A stretch of DNA of 64,000 nt from an uncultured Acidobacteriota bacterium (GCA_963772065.1 CAVYVZ010000007.1:212249-276248); one strand, 5' to 3'; counted from the stretch's first letter, positions 9,358-19,256 are shown. Notes: generated from the letters alone by a model not told the origin. Program-made: numbers and translations.

Positions 9358-11865
9358 CTATTCGTGACGCGAGGCGCGGCCGAGCTCGTCGGCCGCTGAG
9401 AGGATAGTCCAACGGAGCCGCTCGGGATACTCCGTCTGGCGGCGCAGGAACTCGCGGACGGTGGCCGCCGCCTCGGCACTGCGGTGCCCGCCGAGCGTCG
9501 CGTCCATCCATCGCTTCGGAAAAAAGATATCACCCGTCCGTTGGATCTCGCGCAGGAGGTCGAGGCTCGGCGCGATGAAGCGCCTGGCGTGCGCCTCGTG
9601 AAGCGGGTGATTCAGGTATTGCTGCGCCTCCAGCACCCACGGCTCCCGCCGTCGGTTCTGCAGCGACTTGAACCGCTCGAACGAGGCCTCGCGCTCGGCG
9701 GCGTTCGGTGACAAAGCCGGACGCACGAAGGCGAACCGCTGCTTGCGGTCAGGATTCCGGGTGCGTTCGTGCTGCGTGTCCAGAATGCGCGTGGACCCTG
9801 GCACGGCGCGCACGGCGAGCTCCATGGCCATGGTGATCTCGTCCGGCTCGGCAAAGGTGAGACCCGCGATCTTCTCCTCGCGCGCCCAGACCCGCTCGAG
9901 CCACGCGAGGCCTTCCCGCGTCTGTACGAGGTCGCGAAATGCGTTGAACCACGCGGACTTCTGGCTGGTGGTCTTCGCGCGCGCGATTCCGTCGCGCAGC
10001 AGCTGCTCGAGCGCGGCGGCGCGCTGAAGGCGCTCCGCCTGCGGGAGAAAGCGCCAGTACGCGCGGACCACGTAGTTGAGAATGCGCTGCGTGTTCTGCT
10101 CGTCGCTCTCGTCGGGGAGCGCACGAACCGCAAGATCGATGAGTGCGCGTGGATCGATGCGCCCCTCGAGCATGTTGTCCCAGAGCGTCACCCAGGCCGC
10201 GCCGCGAGTGAGCGCGTCGGGAATCTCGTGAAGGTGGCCGACCAGCCACGCACGGCTCGCGGGATCGAGCATGAAAAGTCCATAGCCGAGCCCGGCGCCA
10301 TTGGGCAGGACGAACGCGGGCGCCGAATCGCCGAGCGCGAGCGTGGTCGTGCCGCCGGCCGCAAGCACCGGCTCTTGCCGGAGACCCGCCGGCGTGCCAA
10401 TGGTCACGTTCAATCGCTGCGGCCACACGAGCCCCCGCCCGAGCGGATCGCGCGAGGCGAGCGTGACTATCCCCTGCGGAGTGGTCGACACGGTGAACTC
10501 GGGACGCCCGCGCTCCTCCACCCAGGCGCGGCTCCACGCGGCAAGGTCCTGCGTGGTCTTCGCGTCGAGAATGCGAATGAGATCGTTCCAGGTCGCGTTG
10601 CCGAAGGCGTACGACGTCAGGTATTCGCGCAGTCCCTCTCGGAACTTCGGCTCGCCAACCAGCATCTCGAGCTGACGCATGACGATCGGCGCCTTCTGAT
10701 AAATGATGGCGCCATAGAGCTGGCCCGCCTCGTTCAGGTTCGACAGCGGCTGGCGAATCGGGTTCGCGCCCGCCGTGCGGTCGACGTCGTAGGCGGCCGG
10801 GTAATGGGACAACAGGAACCGGAGGTCGTGATTGACCTCCGGAAACGTGGGATTCACGATCTTCGCCGCCATGAAGTTCGCGAAGACCTCCTTCATCCAC
10901 ACGTCATCGAACCAGCGCATCGTCACGAGGTCGCCGAACCACATGTGCGCCGTCTCGTGCGCAATCAGGCTGGCGCGGCCGAGGTACTGGCTCTGCGTGG
11001 CGGATTCGTCGAGGAGCAGGCCCTGCGCGTTGTACAGGATCGCGCCCGCGTGCTCCATGCCGCCGAACTGAAACGACGGAATCAGCACGAAATCGAACTT
11101 GCCGAACGGGTACGGAATCGCCGTGTAGCTCTCGAGCCAGCTCAGGGCCGACGCATGCAGGTCGAAGATCGCCGCGCGGTTGCGGTCGACTTTCGCGGGA
11201 TCCGTCTCGCGATGAAACATGCGGAGCGTGCGCCCGTTTCGCGTCGCGGTCTCGAGCTGAAACCTCCCTGCCGCGAACGAGAACAGATACGTCGGCAGCG
11301 GCTGGGTCTCGTCGAACGCGACACGATGGCGGCCGGCGGTGAGCGGAGTGGAAGGTCCCGCCAGGCCGTTCGCGACGGCCTGCCATCCCCCGGGAACGTC
11401 GAGTCGAAGCGTGTAGCGGGCCTTGAGATCCGGCTGGTCGAAACACGGAAACGCAAGGTGCGCGCGCGCCGGCACGAACAGCGTGTAGAGGAACTCGTCG
11501 TTGCGGTTCAGCGAGTCGTCGCCGGCGATGAACTCGATGGTGAAGGCGTTCTCGCCGCTGGTCGTGTGCCCCGCGGGGATGATGAGATGGTTGTCGCTGA
11601 ACGCCGCCTCAATGGCCTGGCCGTCGCGCGTCACCGACAAGACGCGGTCCTTCGGTTGCGCGAAGTCGACCACGATCCGGTGCGGCGACGCCAGCCGGAA
11701 GCGCACGACCTCGCGGCCCCGCAGCGGCTGCGTCCGCGATTCGGGAATGCGCAGCTCGAGCTCGTAGCGAAGCGAGGTGATAACCGCGGCCCGCTCGCGG
11801 GCCAGCGCCTCCGGAATGCCGGCGCCGGGCGCGACGGCGGCGGCCAGGACCAACGGGAGCATCAC
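9358..11865 (-). CDS. M1-family zinc aminopeptidase (aminopeptidase N-like) with a C-terminal helical domain
   Basis: ORF track, 835 aa. GGMEH exopeptidase motif. HETAH-x18-E zinc motif (IAHETAHMWFGDLVTMRWFDDVWMKE). Confidence 0.9.
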   Translation of the reverse strand: MMLPLVLAAAVAPGAGIPEALARERAAVITSLRYELELRIPESRTQPLRGREVVRFRLASPHRIVVDFAQPKDRVLSVTRDGQAIEAAFSDNHLIIPAGHTTSGENAFTIEFIAGDDSLNRNDEFLYTLFVPARAHLAFPCFDQPDLKARYTLRLDVPGGWQAVANGLAGPSTPLTAGRHRVAFDETQPLPTYLFSFAAGRFQLETATRNGRTLRMFHRETDPAKVDRNRAAIFDLHASALSWLESYTAIPYPFGKFDFVLIPSFQFGGMEHAGAILYNAQGLLLDESATQSQYLGRASLIAHETAHMWFGDLVTMRWFDDVWMKEVFANFMAAKIVNPTFPEVNHDLRFLLSHYPAAYDVDRTAGANPIRQPLSNLNEAGQLYGAIIYQKAPIVMRQLEMLVGEPKFREGLREYLTSYAFGNATWNDLIRILDAKTTQDLAAWSRAWVEERGRPEFTVSTTPQGIVTLASRDPLGRGLVWPQRLNVTIGTPAGLRQEPVLAAGGTTTLALGDSAPAFVLPNGAGLGYGLFMLDPASRAWLVGHLHEIPDALTRGAAWVTLWDNMLEGRIDPRALIDLAVRALPDESDEQNTQRILNYVVRAYWRFLPQAERLQRAAALEQLLRDGIARAKTTSQKSAWFNAFRDLVQTREGLAWLERVWAREEKIAGLTFAEPDEITMAMELAVRAVPGSTRILDTQHERTRNPDRKQRFAFVRPALSPNAAEREASFERFKSLQNRRREPWVLEAQQYLNHPLHEAHARRFIAPSLDLLREIQRTGDIFFPKRWMDATLGGHRSAEAAATVREFLRRQTEYPERLRWTILSAADELGRASRHE

Positions 11866-11872
11866 CGGCGGA

Positions 11873-12745
11873 TCATTTCCCCAGCTCGGCGTAGATCTTC
11901 GTCACGTTGTCCTTCACGCCGGTCATCTGATATCCGCTGAACTTCTCCGGAAGCTTGATCTCGGCGATCGCCTGCTCGGCCGTTTTGCCGCTCTTGATCG
12001 CTCCCTGCACGTAGGCCAGGAAGGCCCGATTGAACTCGGTGAACTCGGTGAGCGCAGGCCAGTCGGTCACGGGACTGTGACCCGGGATCACCGTGTCGAC
12101 ATTCCTGATCCCCTTGAGGGCCTTCTCCAGCGTGGCCGGGTACTCGACGCCGCTGCCGCCGTTGTTCATGTCGAGCAGTGGCGTGCCCTTCCGCGGAAAG
12201 AGGTCACCGGTGTGCACGACCCGAAGCTGCGGAAACACGATCCAGGCATCACCGTTGGTGTGGCCCCGTCCGAAGTAATACACGTCGACCTGCTCGCGGC
12301 CGCGGCCGAGCGTGAGGCGATCCTCGAAGGTGCGGTCCGGCATCGCGTGCGGCTTGCCTTTCAGCGAGTCCATCTTCTCCATGTTCGCTTTCGTGTTCAC
12401 ATGCGCGACGATCTCGACGCTGGGCTCGAAGAACTCATTGCTGCCCACATGGTCGCCGTGCGTGTGGGTGTTGATGATCGTGGTCACCGGCTTGTCGGTG
12501 ACGCTGCGCACCTTCTCCATGATCCGCTCGCCCCAGTTCGGGTTTTTCGTGTCGACGAGCGTGACGCCCTTCTCGCCGACGAACACGGCGGTGTTGCCGC
12601 CGCCGTTGCTGATCACGTACAGGTTTTCCTTGACCTTCTGGATCTCGGCCGTCTGCGGCTGTGTCGACGGCGTCTGGGCCGCTTTGACGGCTACGGCGAT
12701 GCTGCCCGCGCCCATCAACACCGCCAGGATCACGACTCGTTTCAT
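11873..12745 (-). CDS. Secreted MBL-fold metallo-hydrolase
   Basis: The internal start MKRVVILAVLMGAGSIAVAV is at 12745, and its ATG overlaps the upstream stop (ATGA). HTHGDH motif. The ORF-track entry 11873..13030 is over-extended at its 5' end. Confidence 0.85.
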   Translation of the reverse strand: MKRVVILAVLMGAGSIAVAVKAAQTPSTQPQTAEIQKVKENLYVISNGGGNTAVFVGEKGVTLVDTKNPNWGERIMEKVRSVTDKPVTTIINTHTHGDHVGSNEFFEPSVEIVAHVNTKANMEKMDSLKGKPHAMPDRTFEDRLTLGRGREQVDVYYFGRGHTNGDAWIVFPQLRVVHTGDLFPRKGTPLLDMNNGGSGVEYPATLEKALKGIRNVDTVIPGHSPVTDWPALTEFTEFNRAFLAYVQGAIKSGKTAEQAIAEIKLPEKFSGYQMTGVKDNVTKIYAELGK

Positions 12746-13818
12746 CACACCCCTCCCGTAAAGAACACGCGCTCGACGAACCAGTATGCACCGGCCGCCA
12801 TGACGACGACCGACCCGGCGAAAACGACGCGCCGCGCCGCAGCCTGATTGCGCTTTCGGACGAGCGCCAGCGCGCCCGCAACCGCCAGGACGATCATGAG
12901 CTGCCCTATCTCCACCCCGACATTGAACGAGAAGAGCGACCATGCCAGCGCTTCGCGCGGCAGGCCAAACTCCTTCAGGACGTACGCGAAGCCGAAACCG
13001 TGCACGAGGCCGAATGCCAGGGCAATCCATGCGCGCACGTCCCGCCCGCGAGCGCCGACCAGGAGATTGTCGGCGCCGACGAAGACGATGCTCAGCGCGA
13101 TGGCGGGCTCGATCAACGTGGCCGGCGGCGTCACGACGTCCAGGGCGGCAAGCGACAGCGTGATGCTATGGCCAATCGTGAACGCCGTGACGATGCGGAT
13201 GAGCGCCCACGGGCCGCCGCCGAGGAGCAACAGGCCAACGAGAAACAGGATGTGATCCGGTCCGATCAGGATGTGGTGGATACCCGCGGGCACGAACGTG
13301 CCGATCACCGCGAGCGCGCCCTGTGCGGTCCCCCGATAGTAGGTGCGCTCGTCGTCGGCCGCATTGAACACCATCTGCTGGCGCAGCGCCCCGGCTTCGT
13401 AGACGTTCACGAACGTCTGGTGGAGCGGGTCGTACTGAAACAGGCGTGCTCGAATGGTCATGTCGCCGCCGCTCGCCCTTGTCGCTCGAAACAGGAGCCG
13501 CACCGCGTCGCGCTCTGGAGCGGGCTCGAGTCGTTCCCAGTCGAGCATGAGCGCCTCACCGCCGGAGCGCAGCCACAGACGCGAGCTGACGAGTGCAATC
13601 ACCCGATCCCGCTCGCGCTGGGCCACGGCCGGATCGAGGAGATCCTGGGCCTTTGGCATCCCGAGATCGTGCGCCACATCGATGACGTGCAGCGTGAGCG
13701 ATCCCTCGACACGGGAGTCGCGGATGTGAAGGTCGAGATAACTGAACGGCGCTGGATGCGCGTCGGCGCTGCGCCCGGCCACGGCCAGGGCGGCGACGAG
13801 CAGGAGGACGAACCTCAC
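12745..13818 (-). CDS. HupE/UreJ-family membrane protein with an N-terminal periplasmic domain
   Basis: GTG at 13818 gives VRFVLLLVAALAVAG (signal peptide). The C-terminal half has GIHHILIGPDHILFLVGLLL and several transmembrane segments typical of HupE/UreJ. Confidence 0.75.
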   Translation of the reverse strand: MRFVLLLVAALAVAGRSADAHPAPFSYLDLHIRDSRVEGSLTLHVIDVAHDLGMPKAQDLLDPAVAQRERDRVIALVSSRLWLRSGGEALMLDWERLEPAPERDAVRLLFRATRASGGDMTIRARLFQYDPLHQTFVNVYEAGALRQQMVFNAADDERTYYRGTAQGALAVIGTFVPAGIHHILIGPDHILFLVGLLLLGGGPWALIRIVTAFTIGHSITLSLAALDVVTPPATLIEPAIALSIVFVGADNLLVGARGRDVRAWIALAFGLVHGFGFAYVLKEFGLPREALAWSLFSFNVGVEIGQLMIVLAVAGALALVRKRNQAAARRVVFAGSVVVMAAGAYWFVERVFFTGGV

Positions 13819-13880
13819 GCGCGGGATTGTACAGAAAACCGGCCGGCACACTCCCCGAGGACGGTCGTCGCGCGGGACGG

Positions 13881-15279
13881 CTATTTGGCGGCTGTGCGCT
13901 CGGCGTTCGTCCCTTCCTGGCGCTGGTCCAGCCCATACGGGTCGTCGAAGTAGGTCACCGAGCCATCTTCCTCGACCCATGCGGTCCAGTAGCCGATATG
14001 GACGGGAATCGGTTTTCTCAGCTTCACAGCCTGCTCGTGCTTGCTGTTCATGGCCACGCGTATGCGCTCAGGCGTCCACTGCGCCTTGTCCTGCAGCACG
14101 TACTCCGCGAGCGCAACGGGGTTCTCTATGCGAATGCAGCCGTGGCTGAACGTCCGCTTCTCCTTGTTGAAGAGCGAATCGGTTGGCGTGTCATGGAGGT
14201 ACACGTTGAAGTGGTTGGGGAAGATGAATTTGACGAGCCCCAGGGCGTTCTCCTCTCCGGGCGCCTGACGGAAGCGGAGTCCTTCTGTTGTGTCGACGTC
14301 ACTCCAGTCCACGCCCGACGCGTCGAGAATCTCACCCGAGGTATCGACGACCTCGATGTTGTTCCGCGACAGATAGTCGGGATCGTCCACGAGCCTGGGG
14401 AGCGTCTCCTCGCGAAGAATCGATTCGGGGATGTTCCAGTACGGACTGAAGACGATGTACGTCATCTCGTCGCTGAAGAGCGGCGTCGGCGTGTCGGTAG
14501 CACCCACGATCACGCGCATGGCGAGTGCCGGCCTGCCCCCGTCGATGACCTGCATCGCATAGTTCGGCACGTTGATCAGCACGTACCGATCGCCGAGCTC
14601 ACGCGGCGCCCAGCGCCAGCGCTCGAGGTTCATCGAGATTTTTGCGATGTCGAGACTCTCGCCCGCTCCCTTGCGCGCCCGTGCAAGCGCGGCCTGCAGC
14701 CCCTTGTACCTGAGGATGCGACGGGGCGATCGCGTCGAGCGTCTCCCGTACTTTGTTGCCTTTGAGCGCGTCGCGAAGATGCTGGAGCAGGTCCGCCCTC
14801 TTCGGCGATGGGAGCCAGTTGCGGTCGACCTCACGCGGCGACGATCGCCATCCAAGCAGATCGGCGGCGTGCGTGAGGAACGCATAGGTGAGCCGCAGAT
14901 CGGTTTCTGGAATCACATCGGGGTCGAACGAGGCGCCGAACCACGCGCGTTCATCGGCCTTCGCGAGCGCGGCCGCCAGTGCGTCATATCCATAGCCGGC
15001 CGGTTCGAGCCCGTGCACCTCGGCATCACGAATCGCCCCAAGGAGCGACTCGAGCTGCGGTGTTGGATCGTCGCCCTCAATCCACGCCGGCACGTACTGA
15101 CGCTCGGCATAGAACTTCTGCTCGAGCGCCCACAGGCGCCTGCCGGCCGCATCGCGATGAACCCACCGTGGAACGGACGACGCCGATTTCTTCAGGGCAC
15201 CCGCGAACTGTTGGCTGTCCTTCTCCCCGCACGCAATCGACACAACCAGGGCCAGCGCAACTGCAAGGGTCCGTTTCAC
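13881..15279 (-). CDS. L,D-transpeptidase (YcbB/YkuD type); frame break near 14709
   Basis: ORF 14599..15279 is the N-terminal half (lipoprotein-like MKRTLAVALALVVSIAC). ORF 13881..14885 is the C-terminal half, with the YkuD catalytic SHGCIR. Removing one G from cagGtac restores ..APSHPQYKGLQAALA.. Confidence 0.85.
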
Positions 15280-15338
15280 GCGAAGAGGTAGTGCAAGCTG
15301 AATACCGCGTCTTGTTATCTGTTTGCGAAGGAGGCGCG

Positions 15339-15440
15339 ATGGAAGAGAGGAACCGCAGTCAGTCGGGGCGCTCGACGGATCGTGACGAGGGCATCCCCGA
15401 GTCCGGCCGCCTTGACGACGACCAGATGAGCGAGCGCTAG
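15339..15440 (+). CDS. Possible 33-aa highly charged micro-ORF
   Basis: ATG at 15339 is preceded by AAGGAGG, 4 nt upstream. Product is MEERNRSQSGRSTDRDEGIPESGRLDDDQMSER. Its stop overlaps the stop of the convergent 72-aa gene (CTAG). There is no homology support. Confidence 0.25.
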   Translation: MEERNRSQSGRSTDRDEGIPESGRLDDDQMSER

Positions 15441-15655
15441 GCGCACTTGCGGAGGTGACGCATCGTCTGCTTCACCTCCCAGCCCGCGGCAAGTGTGTAC
15501 ACCACTGCGTTGGTCCTGAGATGGCGCTCGCGGCGGAAGCACCAGGCGGCGATGTTGTAAGCGGCCATCACCACGGCGATCGCACAGGCGGCTCCGTGCA
15601 CGCCACCTTTGACGACCTCCTGGTTTCCGCTGTGGCAAAACTGTTCGACCGTCAA
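15437..15655 (-). CDS. 72-aa predicted membrane protein, unknown family
   Basis: ORF track. TTG start is preceded by GGAGG, 5 nt upstream. Hydrophobic segment GGVHGAACAIAVVMAAYNIAAWCF. Third codon positions are GC-rich. Confidence 0.55.
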   Translation of the reverse strand: MTVEQFCHSGNQEVVKGGVHGAACAIAVVMAAYNIAAWCFRRERHLRTNAVVYTLAAGWEVKQTMRHLRKCA

Positions 15656-15730
15656 GCAGCCCTCCTGGGCACGGGCGAGCAGAGCAAGAGCAAATGAAAT
15701 GCCACAGCGCTATGGTGCGAGAACGGGCAA

Positions 15731-16517
15731 CTATTGGTTCTTTGGCAGGTAATAGCGCTCGAGCCAGCGACTGAGACCGTCCAAACCCGGAAACAGCGTT
15801 CGCTCGCTGATGTTCGCCTGGTCGAGCTTGTCGCGGACCTCCCACTTCAACTCCGCAGGAACCACGACGCGCCGGAATAGCTTCGGATGTCCTTCCAGCC
15901 AGTGATCCAGTCGCGCGGACGCCGTGGGCATGAGTGAGAAGAGGGCGAACTGGTTCAGGATTCGCGCGTCCAGCGACGGCGGCTCGATGAAGATCACGAA
16001 GGGATCGCGGCCGAGCGCGTCGAAGGAGCGAAGCGACGGAAACTCGCTGAGCATCTCCACCGTGAAGGTGTCGGAGTGCTCCTCCTCGAGGATCGTCTTC
16101 AGCCGCGGCGGCAGCAGACGGTTCGCCTCGACGAAGTTTACGCACCAGACGACGCCGTCGCCACGGAAGTCTCCGGGGCTCTCCGTGGCAAAGTGGAGCG
16201 CGACAAACGGCGAGTAGGTCCAGTCGACGAGACGAGTCGGCAGGCCGTGATGCTGACCGAGCGCGAGCCAGTGCCAGATCGAGTCGACGCGGTGCCACGG
16301 TTTGCGCGTACTTGCGGAAGTTGCGCACGAGCGAGAGCTCGAGCTTGCCCAGATCGATCCGGCCGGCCGCCAGCCGGATCAGACTGTTGGAGAGATCGTG
16401 ATCGAAGAGGGACAGCCCTCGAAAGGCGAACGGCGAACGGAAGCGGCCGAGGTCAGGGCTCCATGAATCCGCAAAGAGCTGCTCGATCAGTTCGGTCCAG
16501 GTCCGGGGGCGCTCCAC
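15731..16517 (-). CDS. FRG-domain protein; frame break near 16298-16304
   Basis: The N-terminus comes from ORF 15315..16517 (MERPRTWTELIEQLF..FRGLS..). My own translation of the other phase gives KPWHRVDSIWHWLALGQHHGLPTRLVDWTYSPFVALHFA, the FRG core. This continues into ORF 15731..16060. Confidence 0.8.
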
Positions 16518-16533
16518 GGGTCAATTCTAGGCT

Positions 16534-16714
16534 GTAGGCGGTTGGCGGTAGGCGGTAGTTGGCGGTAGGCGGTAGGTTGCCGGTAGGCGGTAGGTGCCGG
16601 TAGGCGGTAGGTGCCGGTAGGCGGTAGGTGCCGGTAGGCGGTAGTTGCCGGTAGGCGGTAGTTGCCGGCAGGCGGTAGGTTCGTTCGTCCGACGGCCTAC
16701 CGCCTACCGCCTAC
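16534..16714. repeat. Eight tandem copies of a 17-18 nt unit (GCCGGTAGGCGGTAGGT) followed by a complementary arm (cctaccgcctaccgcctac, 16696-16714)
   Basis: Read directly from the sequence. There are eight full units plus a partial one. The units are built from the heptamers GGTAGGC and GGTAGKT. The right arm overlaps the stop codon of the permease gene (16711). The element lies upstream of the FRG gene. Confidence 0.9.
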
Positions 16715-19203
16715 TCGTAGCGCAATGCCAGCATCGGGTCCACGCGCGTCGCGCGCCGCGCAGGCACGTAGCCGGCCAGCATGGCGACGCCGCTCAGCAA
16801 CGTCGACGCGAGGACGAACGTCGCCGGATCCGTGGGCGACAGCCCGTACAACTGCGACTCGACGAAGCGGCTGAGGCCGATGGCCACTGGCAGGCCGATC
16901 ACGATACCGACCGAGAGCATCACGGCGACCTCACGCAGCACCATCCACAGCACGGAGCCGCGCGCGGCACCGAGGGCCATGCGAATGCCAATCTCGCGCG
17001 TGCGGCGCGAGACGGTGTACGACATCACACCGTAGAGCCCGACGGCGGCCAGCACGGTGGCCAGCCCGCCGAACAGCATCGACAACGCCGCAACCAGCCG
17101 CTCGATGAACAGCGACTCGTCCACCTGCGCTTCCATCGTCTTCATGTTGAAGATTGGCAGGTTCGGGTCGAGGCGCTGAGCGACCTGTCGCGCGGATGCC
17201 GGCACGCCGCCGGCGTCGGGGTGCGATCGGACGTAGAACGTCATCTGATCGAGCGCTTCTTCCTGCATGTACGGCACGTACACGAACCGCGGGATCTCGT
17301 CGCGCATCGTGGTGAACTTCGAGTCGCGAACGACGCCGACCACCTCGATCGTGTTGTCGTTGTCGTCGCGTCCGAAGCCAAACCTGCGGCCGATCGGGTT
17401 CTGAGTTCCCCAGAAATACTTCGCCATCGTCTCATTGATGATCGCGACGCGCGGTGCGCCGAGGGCATCGGTCTCGCGGAACTCGCGTCCGAGCACGAGC
17501 GGCATCCCCAGCGTCGAGAAGTAACCGGGCGCCACGGCGTTGAAGGTCGGGTTCATGTCCTCGCCTTCCTTGCGAGTGTATCCCTGCACCTGCACGGTCG
17601 AACGCCATTCCGAGTCGGCCATCGCGGGTAGGACGGCCGCGGATGCCGCGGTGACGCCGGGCAGCGCGGCGAGCTGATCGTGGAGCTGGCGGAACAATGC
17701 GGCGCTCCGCTCGCGCGCGTACCCGCTCAACGCCGGATCCACGGAGAACTGCAGCAGGTCCTCGGCCACGAACCCCGGGTTGAGGCTGCGAAGGTTGTAC
17801 AGGCTTCGCGTGAAGAGGCCCGCGCCCGCGAGGAGCAGCACCGACAACGCCACCTGCGCGACGACGAGCCCTTTGCGGAAGCGGGCCTGCCCGCCGGCGA
17901 CGGCGCCCGCACCTTCCTTCAACGCCCCCGTCAGCGACGGCTTGGTCGCCTGGAATGCGGGCGCAAGGCCGAACAGCGTGGCCGTGATCGCGGAAATCGC
18001 AATCGCAAAGAGCACGACACGTAGATCGGGATCCGACGAGAGGTTCTGCACCGCGCGATCGAACGGGAGCGTGTCGATCAAGACGCTGGTCGTCCACCAG
18101 GCGAACAGCACGCCGACGATCGCACCGCCGAGCGCGAGCACGAAGCTCTCGGTGAGCCGCGTGCGCACGACGCGCCAGCGGCCGGCGCCGAGCGCCAGCC
18201 GGATCGCCACTTCCTTCTGCTGCCCCGCCGCTCGCGCGAGCAGCAGGTTGGCGACGTTCGCGCAGGCAATCAGCAGGACGAGACCCACCATCGCCATCAG
18301 CACGACGAGCGGTGTCGAGAACTCCGTGCGCAGGTCCGAGCGTCCCTGATGGCCGGGAAGGACGAGCAGGGTCTTGGCGAGAAAGCGCTTGCGGATGTTC
18401 TCGGGCATGCTCGCGCGGAGCGTCTTCGCGTCCTCCTGCAGCTGCTGGCGGTAGACGACGTTCATCGCCGCGCCTGCCTGCTCCATCGTCACGCCGGGCC
18501 TTCGGCGCCCCATGATGGTGACCCACCGGCTGCGCCACGTGTCGAGGTCGTTCCAGGTGGGCGTGAGCTGCGCCTTCATCATGATCGGCACGAAGAGATC
18601 CGCCGGCGAACCGGCGTCGAGGCCGCTGAAGCCGCGCGCGGCGACGCCGACGACCGTCATCGGATGATTGTTGATGCGGATCTCCTGGTTGAGGACGTTC
18701 GTCTGGCCGCCAAAGCGCCGCTGCCAGTAGCCATGGCTGAGCACCACGACCGGGTGACCGCTCGGCGTGCGGTCGTCTTCCGCGCCGAGCGTGCGGCCGA
18801 CGACAGATCCAACGCCGAGGACATTGAAGTAGTGGCCCGTGACGAGCTCGACGAACACACGCTCCGAGCGCGTGCCGGTGGTGAGCGTCGCGCTCGTGTC
18901 GTAGCGCGCGAGCATCCCGGTCATCACGTCACGCGACCCGTGCTCGAGGCCGCGAAACATCGGCACGGAGAACGTCATGTTGTTGTTGGTCCGCCCCGAG
19001 AACGGTCCGGGGCCGTCGAAGAGCACCAGCTCCTCCGGCGCGCGGACGGGGAGGGTCCGCAACAGCACTTGATCCATCAACGAGAAAATCGCGGTGTTGG
19101 CGCCAATGCCGAGGCCGAGCGTGAGGATGATGATCACGGAGAACGCTGGCGCGCGGCGAAGCGACCGGAGGGCGAATCGAAAGTCCTGACGCAGCTGGTC
19201 CAT
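16711..19203 (-). CDS. ADOP-family duplicated ABC permease (two MacB-like periplasmic core / FtsX halves)
   Basis: ORF track, 830 aa. N-terminus is MDQLRQDFRFALRSLRRAPAFSVIIILTLGLGIGANTAIFS. A second FtsX-type half sits at the C-terminus. Confidence 0.9.
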   Translation of the reverse strand: MDQLRQDFRFALRSLRRAPAFSVIIILTLGLGIGANTAIFSLMDQVLLRTLPVRAPEELVLFDGPGPFSGRTNNNMTFSVPMFRGLEHGSRDVMTGMLARYDTSATLTTGTRSERVFVELVTGHYFNVLGVGSVVGRTLGAEDDRTPSGHPVVVLSHGYWQRRFGGQTNVLNQEIRINNHPMTVVGVAARGFSGLDAGSPADLFVPIMMKAQLTPTWNDLDTWRSRWVTIMGRRRPGVTMEQAGAAMNVVYRQQLQEDAKTLRASMPENIRKRFLAKTLLVLPGHQGRSDLRTEFSTPLVVLMAMVGLVLLIACANVANLLLARAAGQQKEVAIRLALGAGRWRVVRTRLTESFVLALGGAIVGVLFAWWTTSVLIDTLPFDRAVQNLSSDPDLRVVLFAIAISAITATLFGLAPAFQATKPSLTGALKEGAGAVAGGQARFRKGLVVAQVALSVLLLAGAGLFTRSLYNLRSLNPGFVAEDLLQFSVDPALSGYARERSAALFRQLHDQLAALPGVTAASAAVLPAMADSEWRSTVQVQGYTRKEGEDMNPTFNAVAPGYFSTLGMPLVLGREFRETDALGAPRVAIINETMAKYFWGTQNPIGRRFGFGRDDNDNTIEVVGVVRDSKFTTMRDEIPRFVYVPYMQEEALDQMTFYVRSHPDAGGVPASARQVAQRLDPNLPIFNMKTMEAQVDESLFIERLVAALSMLFGGLATVLAAVGLYGVMSYTVSRRTREIGIRMALGAARGSVLWMVLREVAVMLSVGIVIGLPVAIGLSRFVESQLYGLSPTDPATFVLASTLLSGVAMLAGYVPARRATRVDPMLALRYE

Positions 19204-19256
19204 AAGTGTTCTCGACGGAAATTAGACGTTGAGCAGGCCCCGTCGGTTGAGTGCGG

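Noticed and set aside
9769-11940. Very long ORFs antisense to, or out of frame with, the genes I annotated: 9769..11940 + (723 aa), 1500..2669 +, 5853..6920 -, 22865..24571 -, 27549..29300 -, 43525..44748 -, 45330..46733 +, 47139..48338 +, 60076..61287 - and 62302..63570 -
   Set aside because: Their translations are Arg/Ala/Gly/Pro-rich low-complexity strings with no recognisable motifs. Each one overlaps a gene on the other strand or frame that has clear family signatures. These are typical shadow ORFs of high-GC DNA.
16534-16681. Tandem repeat array that might be a CRISPR array
   Set aside because: The period is only 17-18 nt and the units are contiguous. There are no unique spacers, no 24-50 nt repeat, and no cas genes in the window. 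It is a simple tandem repeat.
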